Below, piece by piece: positions 21,801-30,675 of a stretch of 64,000 nucleotides of DNA; within the stretch, counting starts at the first letter, position 1; every line of letters starts with the position of its first letter. This DNA is from an uncultured Clostridia bacterium (GTDB lineage Bacteria; Bacillota; Clostridia; Christensenellales; UBA1242), in the NCBI GenBank assembly GCA_944376845.1, contig CALWDZ010000001.1, positions 66,863 to 130,862 on the forward strand, read 5' to 3'. Made by a program: the position numbers and the translations under genes. Under the pieces are notes generated by a model. The model worked only from the letters and a program-made list of their open reading frames with translations. It had not been told where the DNA came from and made no database searches.

Positions 21801-22247
21801 AGAAAGACTTTCAAGTGATATGCTATCATTTTGCTTTAAGGTTATACATTTATCTATTAAATTTTCAGGAAGTTTTTGTAAAAGAGTTTCACCTAAAACT
21901 AAAAGATAATCAACTTTTTCAAACTGAAAATCTAATATGCTTGATATAAAATCAAACATATCATCATTTGAGTGTCTTGTAGAGAAAATTGGTGAAGTCA
22001 TACCATAAGAAAGTGCTCTTACGCGTTTTCCGAGTGTTTCCAAAGCACGCCTTAATGCCGATTGTTCTACCACGTCACTACAAACACAAATAGCCCTTTT
22101 AGCAAAGTATAAACAAAGTGCTTTTTCTCCAATTTGTGCCGAGCCAATACATAGGCGAGAGTTTTTATTTATGCTCTCGCCTATTTTGTTTAGTACTTTT
22201 GTTTTTTCTAAAAGTTTATCTATTTGCAAAATTATTCTCCAACTCAT
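18846..22247 (-). CDS. mfd: Transcription-repair coupling factor Mfd
   Basis: ~1130 aa. It has a CarD-like region (VGDYCVHSVHGIGK), Walker A (CGDVGYGKTEVALR), a DEEH box (LILDEEHRFG), helicase motif VI (QLKGRIGRS) and a TRG-like region. It lies downstream of pth. An alternative TTG start at 22229, behind GGAGA, is possible. Confidence 0.95.
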   Translation of the reverse strand: MSWRIILQIDKLLEKTKVLNKIGESINKNSRLCIGSAQIGEKALCLYFAKRAICVCSDVVEQSALRRALETLGKRVRALSYGMTSPIFSTRHSNDDMFDFISSILDFQFEKVDYLLVLGETLLQKLPENLIDKCITLKQNDSISLESLSEKLSLLGYKRQNMVGTRGDFAIRGDIVDIFLIDGETPIRLNFFGDDIEKIYSFDIDTTKIIEEKNEIKIYPASIYFTNNNIQNKFYDEIKKIKINNDNYSKINEINSYYSMQFSSILDAGDSFILPFFDFNNNILTLLKNENIFFDQPKKIFDELTLVKTQNIISINKLIDAGELALIHKNFYFDYENNVPKKYICFDSFGDKITYDEKIELRTIGSRKYVFDFKALIRDLNIYVLSSYKIFLFCGSKSAVSSIGNFLINNGIGFSTNISDEKAKIFLLEDELEHSASFLSDNVVLIATSDLVRRERVDKKTKKSSTLYLPKVGDYCVHSVHGIGKCIATEKLNLNGYEKDYFILQYKNNDILYVPTEQADQITAYLGSDKEPSLNKLGGKEFAKIKERVKNSLKQLAIDLVNLYSQRQKLKGYKYESNYLFDEFENAFAYELTQDQAQAIEDIKKDMLSGKLMDRLICGDVGYGKTEVALRGAYLAVLGGKQVAFLCPTTILSEQHFATVKKRMKDFGCRVEVINRFKTGAQIKEILGGVKEGNIDILIGTHRLLSDDVKFKDLGLLILDEEHRFGVEDKEKIKNLKKDIDVLSLSATPIPRTLNMALSGIRDISVIETPPKNRLSVKTFVVEQSDALIVDAVKREMSRNGQVFIVFNRVEFITKFVQHLRDILPDVNIGMAHGQMPKNILEDSIYKLYSGEYDVLVATTLIENGIDIPTANTLIVIDADKLGLSQLYQLKGRIGRSDRVAYAYFTFNSQKVLTNDAYKRLDAILEFSELGSGYKIAMRDLEIRGAGDILGKQQHGHMEKVGYDMYVKLLKESVSEARGQKVENLRECKMDVSCTAYLDEKYIIDQTERMKQYTSLSKLESLDELNALKNQTEETYGNVPKELLNLYKIALLKNLLVKLGAKRLLLNAQNTLIYLYRREDIVSKQCALVLSDNKDKMVLKFEDVPIIEINLGNKSIEEKLDFLINFAIDATKQ

Positions 22248-22764
22248 TTATAAGTAGTTTAACTGCTTCATCACAACTATCTTCCAAAATATCTTTAGTC
22301 TGATTTGGAATTTTTGATAATACAAAATCTGCAAGATTAGAAAATTTAGGGTCACGACCTATACCTATTTTTATTCGATTAAAACCTTCTCCAATATTTT
22401 CCACAATATTTCTTAGCCCGTTGTGAGTTCCACCACTACCACTATGGCGAAAACGGACTTTCCCAACTGGCAAGTCTATGTCATCACAAAAAACATAAAT
22501 ATCTTGGTGCGATATTTTATATTTTTGAACAAGTTCACGAATAGCAACACCAGATGCATTCATATATGTCAAAGGTTTTGCCAAAATCAGTTTATTGCCA
22601 TTTAAAATGGTGTGACAAGTGATTGCCTTGCATTCTTTTTTAGTAAACATCTCTCCAAGTTCATCACACAGTTTGTCAACTGCACAAAAGCCCATATTGT
22701 GATATGTGCCATCATATTCTTTATCATAGTTTCCAAGTCCAACTACAAGAATTGTTTTCATCAA
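22216..22764 (-). CDS. pth: Peptidyl-tRNA hydrolase
   Basis: MKTILVVGLGNYDKEYDGTYHNMGF... and ...GGTHNGLRNI are classic Pth motifs. Its position upstream of mfd is conserved. Confidence 0.95.
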   Translation of the reverse strand: MMKTILVVGLGNYDKEYDGTYHNMGFCAVDKLCDELGEMFTKKECKAITCHTILNGNKLILAKPLTYMNASGVAIRELVQKYKISHQDIYVFCDDIDLPVGKVRFRHSGSGGTHNGLRNIVENIGEGFNRIKIGIGRDPKFSNLADFVLSKIPNQTKDILEDSCDEAVKLLINELENNFANR

Positions 22765-23567
22765 TTTGATTTCCCCACAATGCTTTCAAAAGGTCCTACT
22801 ATCATATTTTCTGATATTCGACTTTGGTCAATATATGAACATTTTATAACACAATTATCTGATATAACACTGTCATGAATTATGTTATTTGGCTCTATTT
22901 TACAATTTTTTCCTATGTAAGTAAGTCCAGAAATTACATTATTTTGATCAATAACTGCTCCAGATGAAATAACAACATCAGCATCAATTTGTGTACTAGT
23001 TTTATCTAAAATAGAAACTCCATTTGAAATATGGAAATCCAAAATTCTTTGTTTTATAATTTGTCTTACTTCGTAAAGTTTTTGTGGTGTATCCACCTCA
23101 AAGAAATCATGCTCATTACCAAAATTTACAACATTATCACTAAGAAGTGAAGTAATTGTTCTAAGATAATTTGTGTCAAACACAAACCCACGTGGTAGTT
23201 TGAGTGCATTCACTCCGCGAGCCCGAACATAGTTCATTATATCCATAAAAGTAACACTACTAAACAGTGGAGTATCACTATAAAGTACCATAGTGTAGCG
23301 CTTATTGTTTAAATATGGTTTTATGAGTGATAAAATATCACTTTCTTTTGTTGCGACGGTGGTTTTTATTTCACATTCGCCAACGGAAAGAGCAACCCAT
23401 TCCCACATTTTTTTGCCACAAATATCAATATCATAAGGTGTAAATGTTGTTGTAAAATTGAAATTTTTATATAGCAAAATAATAACAAGCACATCATCAT
23501 TAGCCCAAAATGTGCTTGTTTTTTGTGGCATTGGTTTGATAATTTCTTTTTCTAATAATGTTTCCAT
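22761..23567 (-). CDS. GlmU-like protein, truncated, with degenerate catalytic motifs (probable pseudoenzyme)
   Basis: It aligns by eye to GlmU: LVIILLYKNFNFTTT versus VVILAAGKGTRM, TMVLYSDTPL versus ILMLYGDVPL, and the left-handed beta-helix start ...IEPNNIIHDSVISDNCVIKCSYIDQSRISENMIVGPFESI versus ...[41 protein letters not shown]. It ends right after that point, so most of the acetyltransferase domain is missing. It occupies the usual glmU position upstream of pth. Confidence 0.6.
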   Translation of the reverse strand: METLLEKEIIKPMPQKTSTFWANDDVLVIILLYKNFNFTTTFTPYDIDICGKKMWEWVALSVGECEIKTTVATKESDILSLIKPYLNNKRYTMVLYSDTPLFSSVTFMDIMNYVRARGVNALKLPRGFVFDTNYLRTITSLLSDNVVNFGNEHDFFEVDTPQKLYEVRQIIKQRILDFHISNGVSILDKTSTQIDADVVISSGAVIDQNNVISGLTYIGKNCKIEPNNIIHDSVISDNCVIKCSYIDQSRISENMIVGPFESIVGKSN

Positions 23568-23607
23568 ATTTTTAGTTTAAAAACATTTAAGTTTATTGTC
23601 AACTTTT

Positions 23608-24156
23608 TTACGCAACAAGACAAATTATAATAATGGCAACAAGTGCTCCAAGAACTGCAAATAATAATGAATATAGTTTTATTCTTTCTCTTTTTTCTTC
23701 ATCACTAATTGTTTTGTTTTGCGATTTTGGTTGAATATCTTCTTTAATAATATTATCTTGTGTTCGCTTTGTGCTTTTGTCTTTATTTTGATTTGTATTT
23801 TTGCCTTTTGTTTTTGGCTTTTGTGGAGTATATTTTACTTCTTCTTCGCTTTTAAATGCACGCCTTAGTCTTATGAGTAAATCTGCAAAAATTCCAGGGT
23901 TGTACTCATTTTGCTCTTGCTCATTCTCTTTTACCTTTTCTTCGCCAAAAACATGAATGTTATAATCTTTTCGCTTTTGTTCATCTTTTAAAGTCTGATA
24001 TATTACATTAAGTTGTGCTGTTTTTTCCTGCGCAAAGTTTTCATCACCCCGATACACATCTGGATGATAGGTTTTTAGTTTTTCAATATACGCTTTCTTG
24101 ATTTCCTCTAGACTTGCATCTTTGCTTACACCAAGAATATTGTAGTAATTTTCCAT
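23608..24156 (-). CDS. J-domain (DnaJ-like) protein with a C-terminal transmembrane anchor
   Basis: YYNILGVSKDASLEEIKKAYIEKLKTYHPDVY carries the HPD motif. A Lys-rich linker follows, then the C-terminal TM segment LYSLLFAVLGALVAIIIICLVA. Its start codon lies directly after the uvrA stop codon. Confidence 0.8.
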   Translation of the reverse strand: MENYYNILGVSKDASLEEIKKAYIEKLKTYHPDVYRGDENFAQEKTAQLNVIYQTLKDEQKRKDYNIHVFGEEKVKENEQEQNEYNPGIFADLLIRLRRAFKSEEEVKYTPQKPKTKGKNTNQNKDKSTKRTQDNIIKEDIQPKSQNKTISDEEKRERIKLYSLLFAVLGALVAIIIICLVA

Positions 24157-27036
24157 TTATAAAACCTTTTTTAAATATAGTCCAGTGTAACTACCTTTTA
24201 TGTTGCTAACCTGTTCTGGAGTTCCTGTTGCAATAACCTTACCACCTTGGTTTCCACCCTCTGGCCCTAGGTCGATGATATAATCGGCACATTTTATGAC
24301 ATCCAAATTGTGCTCTATTACAACAACTGTATTATTATTTTGCACTAGTTTTTGCAAAATTGCAATAAGTTTTTTTACATCGTAACTACTAAGTCCCGTT
24401 GTAGGTTCATCCAAAATATATATCGTTTTGCCCGTGGAACGCTTTGCAAGTTCGGTTGCAAGTTTAACTCTTTGTGCCTCACCGCCACTAAGTTCTGTAG
24501 CTGGTTGACCAAGTTTTATATAGGAAAGTCCAACATCATAAAGTGCTTTTACTTTGGTGTAAATGCTTGGAATATTTTCAAAAAATGACAATGCTTCTTC
24601 AACCGTCATGTCAAGCACATCGGCAATACTCTTGCCCTTGTATTTGACTTCCAGTGTTTCATGGTTATATCTTTTACCCTTACAAACCTCACATGGAATA
24701 GTTATGTCTGGCAAAAAGTACATTTCAATTTCTTTTACTCCTGCGCCCTCACATGCTTCACATCTTCCGCCCTTAATATTAAAACTAAATCTTCCTGAAG
24801 TATAACCACGAGCCTTGGCATCGGGAGTTTTGGCAAAAAGGTCACGAATAGGTGTCCAGAGCCCAGTGTAAGTGGCCGGATTACTCCTTGGAGTTCTTCC
24901 TATTGGCGCTTGGTCGATGTTTATTACCTTGTCGAGTTTATCTATATTTTTTATTTCTTTAAAATCGCCAAGTATTTGACTTGCACCATTAAGGTCATTG
25001 GCAAGTTTTGGATAAAGTACGCCATTTATCAAACTACTTTTTCCGCTTCCACTGACGCCTGTAATACAAGTAAACACACCAAGTGGAATGTTAACGTCAA
25101 TATTTTTTAAATTGTTTTGTTTTGCACCTTTTACAGTAAGAAAATCTTTAGGCTGACGCCTAAGCGAAGGTACTTCAATTTTCTCTTTGCCACTTAAAAA
25201 TTTCCCTGTTATAGAACTTTCACAAGCCATTATATCCTTTGGAGTTCCTGTTGCGACAATTTGACCGCCATGAACACCAGCATATGGTCCAACATCAACT
25301 ATAAAGTCTGCGCTTTTAATTGTGTCTTCGTCATGCTCAACAACAATAAGTGTATTGCCAAGGTCTTTTAAATGTTTGAGTGTGGCAAGAAGTTTGTCAT
25401 TATCACGTTGATGAAGCCCTATACTTGGCTCATCCAAAATATACAAAACACCAACTAGTCCACTGCCTATTTGTGTCGCTAGGCGTATTCTTTGGCTTTC
25501 TCCACCACTAAGTGTTTCAGCACTGCGTGAGAGAGTTAAATAACCAAGTCCAACATCAATCAAGAAATTAAGTCTTGCTTTTATTTCTTTTAGTATTGGT
25601 TCGCTAATTTTCTTTTCAGTTTCATCAAATGTTATTTTGTCAAGATATTCACATAAATCAACTACACTCATATTGCTCATTTCAATTATGTTTTTGCCGT
25701 CAATTTTGACAGATAGTGCAGATTGGTTTAATCTTTGACCGTGGCACACCTTGCATGGCAATTCCTTCATAAGTCTGCCGATTTCGTATTTAACAAACTC
25801 GCTTGTGCTTTCTTTATATCTTCGTCTTAAATTGTTTATTATACCTTCAAATGAAACATTAAAACTTCCGCTTGATGTGGAGTTTTTATATTCCATTCTT
25901 AATTTTTCCCCGCCGTTGCCATAAAGAATAAGATCAAGTTTTTCTTTTGGCAAATCTTTTACTGGAATATCAAGGTCTAGGCCATAATGTTTATGCAAAA
26001 GGTCAAAATACATACCCGCCATAGTGCTTTTGTCACCACTCCAACCAGCAATTTTAAACGCACCTTCACGAATGGACATATGTGAATTTTTGAGTACAAG
26101 TTTTTCATCTATATCTTCGGTATAGCCAATACCTGTGCAATTTGGACAAGCACCATAAGGGTTGTTAAACGAAAACATTCTTGGGGTTATTTCTTCAAGT
26201 GTCCAACCACAATCTGGACAAGCAAAAAGCGTGCTATATAAAACCTTTTCGTCACCAGAAGATATTGTACAAAGCCCTTCACCCAGTTTAACTGCATTTT
26301 CTATACTTTCAGCAAGTCTACGCTTTGCCTCAGGTTTTATAACAAGCCTGTCCACAACAACATAAATTGTATGTTTTTTGTTTTTATCAAGTTTTATTTC
26401 TTCATCCAAAGTATAAATTATATCGTCAACTTCCACCCTGACATAGCCACTCTTTTTGAGTTTTTCAAATAACTTTTCTTGTGCACCCTTTTGGGCACGA
26501 ACAACTGGTGCCATAACCATAATTTTACTACCTTCTGGCATTACCATAACTTTGTCAACTATTTGGTCTATAGTTTGCTTTTTAATCGGTTTGTTACAAT
26601 TTGGACAATAAGGTGTACCTATCCTTGAATATAATAGTCTTAAATAGTCATATATCTCAGTTATAGTTCCAACTGTTGAACGTGGGTTATGGTTGGTGGT
26701 CTTTTGGTCAATGGAAATAGCAGGACTAAGCCCGGAAATTTGGTCAACATCGGGTTTTTGACTTTGCCCCAGAAATTGACGCGCATAAGATGACAAAGAT
26801 TCTATATATCTTCTCTGCCCTTCTGCAAAAATGGTGTCAAAAGCAAGAGTGCTTTTGCCACTGCCACTAACTCCAGTAAATACAACAAATTTGTTTCTTG
26901 GAATGTCGACATCAATATTTTTTAAATTGTTCTCACGCGCACCGCGTACTTTAATAAAATCATCCATAATTTTTATTATACCACTTTTTTTTGTAAATTT
27001 AAAGTCTTTATATACAAAAAATGCTCTATTTTGCAT
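24157..27036 (-). CDS. uvrA: Excinuclease ABC subunit A
   Basis: Two ABC modules ([25 protein letters not shown]; [24 protein letters not shown]) and zinc modules (CPNCNK..., CEACEGAG...CEVCKGKRY). The likely true start is the ATG at 26967 ([18 protein letters not shown]). Confidence 0.97.
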   Translation of the reverse strand: MQNRAFFVYKDFKFTKKSGIIKIMDDFIKVRGARENNLKNIDVDIPRNKFVVFTGVSGSGKSTLAFDTIFAEGQRRYIESLSSYARQFLGQSQKPDVDQISGLSPAISIDQKTTNHNPRSTVGTITEIYDYLRLLYSRIGTPYCPNCNKPIKKQTIDQIVDKVMVMPEGSKIMVMAPVVRAQKGAQEKLFEKLKKSGYVRVEVDDIIYTLDEEIKLDKNKKHTIYVVVDRLVIKPEAKRRLAESIENAVKLGEGLCTISSGDEKVLYSTLFACPDCGWTLEEITPRMFSFNNPYGACPNCTGIGYTEDIDEKLVLKNSHMSIREGAFKIAGWSGDKSTMAGMYFDLLHKHYGLDLDIPVKDLPKEKLDLILYGNGGEKLRMEYKNSTSSGSFNVSFEGIINNLRRRYKESTSEFVKYEIGRLMKELPCKVCHGQRLNQSALSVKIDGKNIIEMSNMSVVDLCEYLDKITFDETEKKISEPILKEIKARLNFLIDVGLGYLTLSRSAETLSGGESQRIRLATQIGSGLVGVLYILDEPSIGLHQRDNDKLLATLKHLKDLGNTLIVVEHDEDTIKSADFIVDVGPYAGVHGGQIVATGTPKDIMACESSITGKFLSGKEKIEVPSLRRQPKDFLTVKGAKQNNLKNIDVNIPLGVFTCITGVSGSGKSSLINGVLYPKLANDLNGASQILGDFKEIKNIDKLDKVINIDQAPIGRTPRSNPATYTGLWTPIRDLFAKTPDAKARGYTSGRFSFNIKGGRCEACEGAGVKEIEMYFLPDITIPCEVCKGKRYNHETLEVKYKGKSIADVLDMTVEEALSFFENIPSIYTKVKALYDVGLSYIKLGQPATELSGGEAQRVKLATELAKRSTGKTIYILDEPTTGLSSYDVKKLIAILQKLVQNNNTVVVIEHNLDVIKCADYIIDLGPEGGNQGGKVIATGTPEQVSNIKGSYTGLYLKKVL

Positions 27037-27134
27037 ATTATAAAATTTAGAAAATTAAATCATACAAATTTTTAGGAGGCTTAAAATTCAATATTGATTT
27101 TTTCTATAAACTATGGTAACATAAAACAAAAGAG

Positions 27135-28466
27135 GTGGCTATGAGTAAAGAGTTTGAAACAGGAAATTACGAATATGCCGTTATTGACTTACACAACCAC
27201 AGTTCTTATTCGGAAGAATATCCAAAAACAACATTTAACGAAGTAGAAATGTTAGAATATTTTGAACAAGTTGCAGAAAAAGCAAAACAAAAAGTTTGTT
27301 TTTCTGTAACAGACCATGACACCGCACTTGGTGCGTTTATGGTTTATAAAGAACTAATGAAAAATAAAGATAAATATCCCCTTGTAGATTTTGTCCCTGG
27401 CATGGAACTCAATATGTCACTTGAAAGAGTTGCTATGTATAATGATGGCGTATTAAAAGACCCAAGTTTTGTATTTAAAAAATGTCATATGCTCATTCAT
27501 GCAAAAGAAGGTAGAGAAGAAGAATTTTTTAAGCGAACATTTCTTTATTCCACACTAGCACATAAAAAAATTAGCGTAAAAAATCGTGCAAACAGTAAAA
27601 TAATAAATATTGGCAAACAAATCCTTGCTGCAAGAAATAAACTTAACGAAGTATATTCCATAAGAATTCCTCTCGGCATTTATCGTGATTGTGCATCTGA
27701 TAATAATTTTAGCAGTATTAGAGCAACATTTCTAAACAAAACTATTGAATTTTTGTTTGTGCATGAAAAAATCATCGATGAAACTTTTGCAGAAGAAGAA
27801 ATTAAAAGAATTATAGAAAGATTATTTCCAGATTATCCAACATATATTGATGATTTTGGATATTATGGAAGGTTTAGCGTATTTGATTTAAAGCCAATAT
27901 TTGATGATTGTGCAACATTTTGCTATGCTCACCCACAAACATTATCTTTTAAAAAATTTACTAAAATACCAGTTAAACTATTTAAAAATGTTGACATTTC
28001 AACATTGCCCAGAACTATCCAACAAAAAATCAAAGCCAAACTTAATGACAGATATGAATTTGAAAATGGATATTTCTCGCAACAAGACATACTTTTTTCT
28101 GGTGGAATTTATGGCGACCAATCAGGCCTTGTAAAATTGCAATTACTCCACAATCAACTTCAAAAATATGGCATCAAAATTGACGGTTATGAACTAACTC
28201 CAAAAACCGCAACTTATAAACACAAACACTATACCCTAGAAACCATAGCCGATACTGTAGTTGACAAAATGCATCTACTACTAAACTTTGGCACAGACAA
28301 ACATTATGACAATGCAGACAAAATGCTAATGCAATACAATGATACTAGATATTACGAAACAAATAAAAGGACAAAAGAAAATCCATACTTAAAATATAAC
28401 AGACTAAATAGACAACTCACAAATGATGAAAATAGTTTCACCATAGGTGTTGAATTGGAAAGATAA
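27135..28466 (+). CDS. PHP-domain (polymerase/histidinol-phosphatase family) metal-dependent phosphoesterase with a large internal insert
   Basis: PHP motifs occur in order: IDLHNHSSYS, SVTDHDT, MELNM, HMLIHAKEG, CYAHPQ, GTDKHY. The likely start is the ATG at 27141, behind AAGAGG. It is transcribed divergently from uvrA. Confidence 0.7.
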   Translation: MAMSKEFETGNYEYAVIDLHNHSSYSEEYPKTTFNEVEMLEYFEQVAEKAKQKVCFSVTDHDTALGAFMVYKELMKNKDKYPLVDFVPGMELNMSLERVAMYNDGVLKDPSFVFKKCHMLIHAKEGREEEFFKRTFLYSTLAHKKISVKNRANSKIINIGKQILAARNKLNEVYSIRIPLGIYRDCASDNNFSSIRATFLNKTIEFLFVHEKIIDETFAEEEIKRIIERLFPDYPTYIDDFGYYGRFSVFDLKPIFDDCATFCYAHPQTLSFKKFTKIPVKLFKNVDISTLPRTIQQKIKAKLNDRYEFENGYFSQQDILFSGGIYGDQSGLVKLQLLHNQLQKYGIKIDGYELTPKTATYKHKHYTLETIADTVVDKMHLLLNFGTDKHYDNADKMLMQYNDTRYYETNKRTKENPYLKYNRLNRQLTNDENSFTIGVELER

Positions 28467-28468
28467 AG

Positions 28469-29314
28469 ATGGGAAAATATAAAGATAAAAAACATTTATA
28501 TAATAGTGACATGGCTCGTATAAGCAATAGACAAAGTGCTATACTTAAATTTTACGACCAGCCTGAACTTGCAAAACAAGAAGCCCTTGAAAAACTTAAA
28601 AGTTTAGGGCTAGAAAATGTACTAGATGACTATTTCTTGCCGGATAATTATAACCTTGACAAACTTAAAAATCTTGAAATAAATACTCCAAGACTGCAAA
28701 TTGTCAAACTTCCTTTTAAAAACCAAGATATAAAAATCATGCTCGATATGCCTAAAATACAAATTTCAACGCCAAAAATTGAACACTCAATGGGAAAAAC
28801 TTATCATAGCGTTTATTTGATTGGAAAATATAAAGATAAAAAAATGGTTTACCTTTTAAGTGTTGAATACGCAAGAGAACAAAAAAGACCGCCTTGTGAT
28901 TTTCATATAAAACTTGATGCGTTAGTTGGTGGCAAAACTTGGTTTTCGCTTATGAGAATTGACTCAATGGGAAATCCACATCCAAATTATTTTGAAAACG
29001 GCGTTCCAGTAAAAAACTATAATGAAGTCAAAAAAATAAGAACCCCTCACCTTCACACCGCTAGTTATGAAGCCCAGATGTTTACAAACACAACACATTA
29101 TTCAAATGCTGAAGAATTAGATTTTTTAGACTACGAAAATATAAATTTTGAAGATGGCACACTTTTTACAAGTCTTATGCAAACATTTTTAAAAAAATGC
29201 AATGCAGAAGTAAATATAAAAGATGTAGCGGGCTCTTGGTTTGATTTTGATAATACAAATATTTTTGACACAAAAATAATAGATAATGATGAGGTAATAA
29301 ATTGGATTTTGTAA
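28469..29314 (+). CDS. Hypothetical protein with a possible His-Me/HNH-like finger in its C-terminal half
   Basis: A 2-nt gap separates it from the PHP gene. GKYKDKK occurs at residues 2-8 and again at ~119-125. The C-terminal half has RIDSMGNPHPNYFENGVPVKNYNEVKKIRTPHLHTASYE, reminiscent of HNH ...N-x-IR-x-TP-x-x-H...H. I recognise no family with confidence. Confidence 0.5.
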   Translation: MGKYKDKKHLYNSDMARISNRQSAILKFYDQPELAKQEALEKLKSLGLENVLDDYFLPDNYNLDKLKNLEINTPRLQIVKLPFKNQDIKIMLDMPKIQISTPKIEHSMGKTYHSVYLIGKYKDKKMVYLLSVEYAREQKRPPCDFHIKLDALVGGKTWFSLMRIDSMGNPHPNYFENGVPVKNYNEVKKIRTPHLHTASYEAQMFTNTTHYSNAEELDFLDYENINFEDGTLFTSLMQTFLKKCNAEVNIKDVAGSWFDFDNTNIFDTKIIDNDEVINWIL

Positions 29315-29634
29315 AATGTCTTGAAAATGTAAAAAATCAATATGAAATTTATAATGAAAATAAAGATTTTTTCTGCGTTGATTGTAATAAATTATTGACT
29401 GATTATGAATATATTTTTATTGCAATAAAAAATGTAAATGGAAATGCAGTTATTTGTGACTTTGCAAATAACTTACAAAATCTAAATATTTCAGAAGAAA
29501 AAATAAAAGAAATTTGCAAGAAATATGATGTAATTTTCAATGATTATAATTTATCAAAAATATATAATTCAAACAATGATTTAACACAATATATAAATTG
29601 CATTTTAGAATTATCAAAAAAATCATCCTATTAG
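29302..29634 (+). CDS. Hypothetical small protein (110 aa), third gene of the PHP operon
   Basis: It overlaps the preceding gene by 13 nt. It is very AT-rich and shows no recognisable motif. Its stop codon lies inside the terminator hairpin. Confidence 0.45.
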   Translation: MDFVKCLENVKNQYEIYNENKDFFCVDCNKLLTDYEYIFIAIKNVNGNAVICDFANNLQNLNISEEKIKEICKKYDVIFNDYNLSKIYNSNNDLTQYINCILELSKKSSY

Positions 29635-29647
29635 GATGATTTTTTTA
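29614..29647. terminator. Hairpin terminator closing the PHP operon, with bidirectional geometry
   Basis: AAAAAATCATCC-TATTA-GGATGATTTTTT: A run, 7-bp GC-containing core stem, then T run. Confidence 0.75.
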
Positions 29648-29669
29648 ACTTTGTTTTCTGTCGATAACG

Positions 29670-30419
29670 CTAATAGAATGACACTTTACTAAATTTGCAG
29701 AAACTTGGAATTCGGAAAGTGTTCCACTGGTCTTTGGCTATCTTTGACATATAAAAGTTATTGACTTTTCTTATTCGTGAATAAGCGGACTGTAAACTAC
29801 AAAATATAGTTCCCTTTGACTTTTTCACAAACTGTGCCTTTGAACTTGAAATAATTTTCTTTTTTAACATTGTTGATTTTACAAAATCTGCTAAAATTAT
29901 TGTAATCAAAAACAATGCTTCTATTCCATCCTCAAAAGCACTGGCATATGCCATAACCATTATGTCATAAACTACCAGAAGCGCATTTGGCAAAACATAC
30001 ACTAACCTTATTGATTTTACATCATCAATATAAAGAGCGAATGTATACCAAATATAACTTGCAAGAGGAATAATATCCCAAGCACTGTTCCATGTCATCG
30101 CACCTGCCACAATAAACATAACAATAAATACAGATGCTATGATTTTAGGCAGTTTTTTGTTTCTTTTTTCGAAATAATACACGAAAAAGAATTGCAAACA
30201 TGACAATAGTGCTATGGCTCCTGCACTCCAAGACCCTACAAACAGAAATGACATTCCATACATAATATCGCCAAACAGTCCCATTAGCAAAAAGCCCTTT
30301 TTACTTTTTACCACATAGGATAAACACAAAATCAAAGTCGCTATTCCGCCAAAAATTTGAGCAAAAATAAAATAGACATTTGACATATTAAATATGAAAA
30401 TAACCTCTGTTCGCCACAA
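29670..30419 (-). CDS. YgjV-family (Imp-YgjV) inner-membrane protein with an odd basic C-terminal extension
   Basis: FAQIFGGIATLILCLSYVVKSKKGFLLMGLFGDIMYGMSFLFVGSWSAGAIALLSCLQFF... matches the YgjV architecture. The TTG start at 30419 has GAGG 7 nt upstream. The last ~70 aa are Lys/Ser-rich and unlike the family. Confidence 0.55.
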   Translation of the reverse strand: MWRTEVIFIFNMSNVYFIFAQIFGGIATLILCLSYVVKSKKGFLLMGLFGDIMYGMSFLFVGSWSAGAIALLSCLQFFFVYYFEKRNKKLPKIIASVFIVMFIVAGAMTWNSAWDIIPLASYIWYTFALYIDDVKSIRLVYVLPNALLVVYDIMVMAYASAFEDGIEALFLITIILADFVKSTMLKKKIISSSKAQFVKKSKGTIFCSLQSAYSRIRKVNNFYMSKIAKDQWNTFRIPSFCKFSKVSFY

Positions 30420-30640
30420 ATATTAGCCTCATTCTCATAGACTGACTTGTAACACTTATTACGTCCGCCAACGACCTTTTTAATTACAAGCCCCACTTGT
30501 TAAATGAGAATTTGTGACTTAGATTTCTTGCAAAGCAAGATTGGTCAAGACAATCGTGACATTACTCTAGCCATTTTTAAGGTTAAACGGCTTTTCAAGT
30601 TAACAGTCCTTTACGAGCAACATAAATCTATGCCTGACCT
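30420..30640 (-). promoter_or_regulatory. ~220-nt untranslated leader; candidate structured RNA or riboswitch of unidentified class
   Basis: No ORF is present. Two minus-strand helices each need a G-U pair, which would be a C-A mismatch on the plus strand: GGUCAGG (30639-30633) with CUUGACC (30549-30543), and AGGACUG..ACUUG (30610-30596) with CAAGUCAGUCU (30449-30439). I could not match any riboswitch consensus I know. Confidence 0.25.
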
Positions 30641-30646
30641 ATAAAT

Positions 30647-30675
30647 ATTATATAATATAAATATTACTTTTGCAA
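30647..30675 (-). promoter_or_regulatory. Sigma-A-type promoter candidate for the ygjV-like gene leader
   Basis: Minus strand: TTGCAA (30675-30670), a 17-nt spacer, then TATAAT (30652-30647). Confidence 0.5.

Noticed and set aside
22761-23567. Annotating this gene as functional bifunctional GlmU
   Set aside because: The uridyltransferase signature is degenerate (LLYKNFNFT instead of LAAGKGTRM). The protein also ends before the acetyltransferase active-site region.
27037-27134. LexA/SOS (Cheo-type GAAC-N4-GTTC) boxes upstream of uvrA, and upstream of the uvrB operon at 34170-34340
   Set aside because: No GAAC...GTTC-type palindrome is visible by eye. The only palindrome at 34290-34308 (AATTAGGTA-T-TACCTAATT) is AT-rich and better explained as the operator of the adjacent XRE gene.
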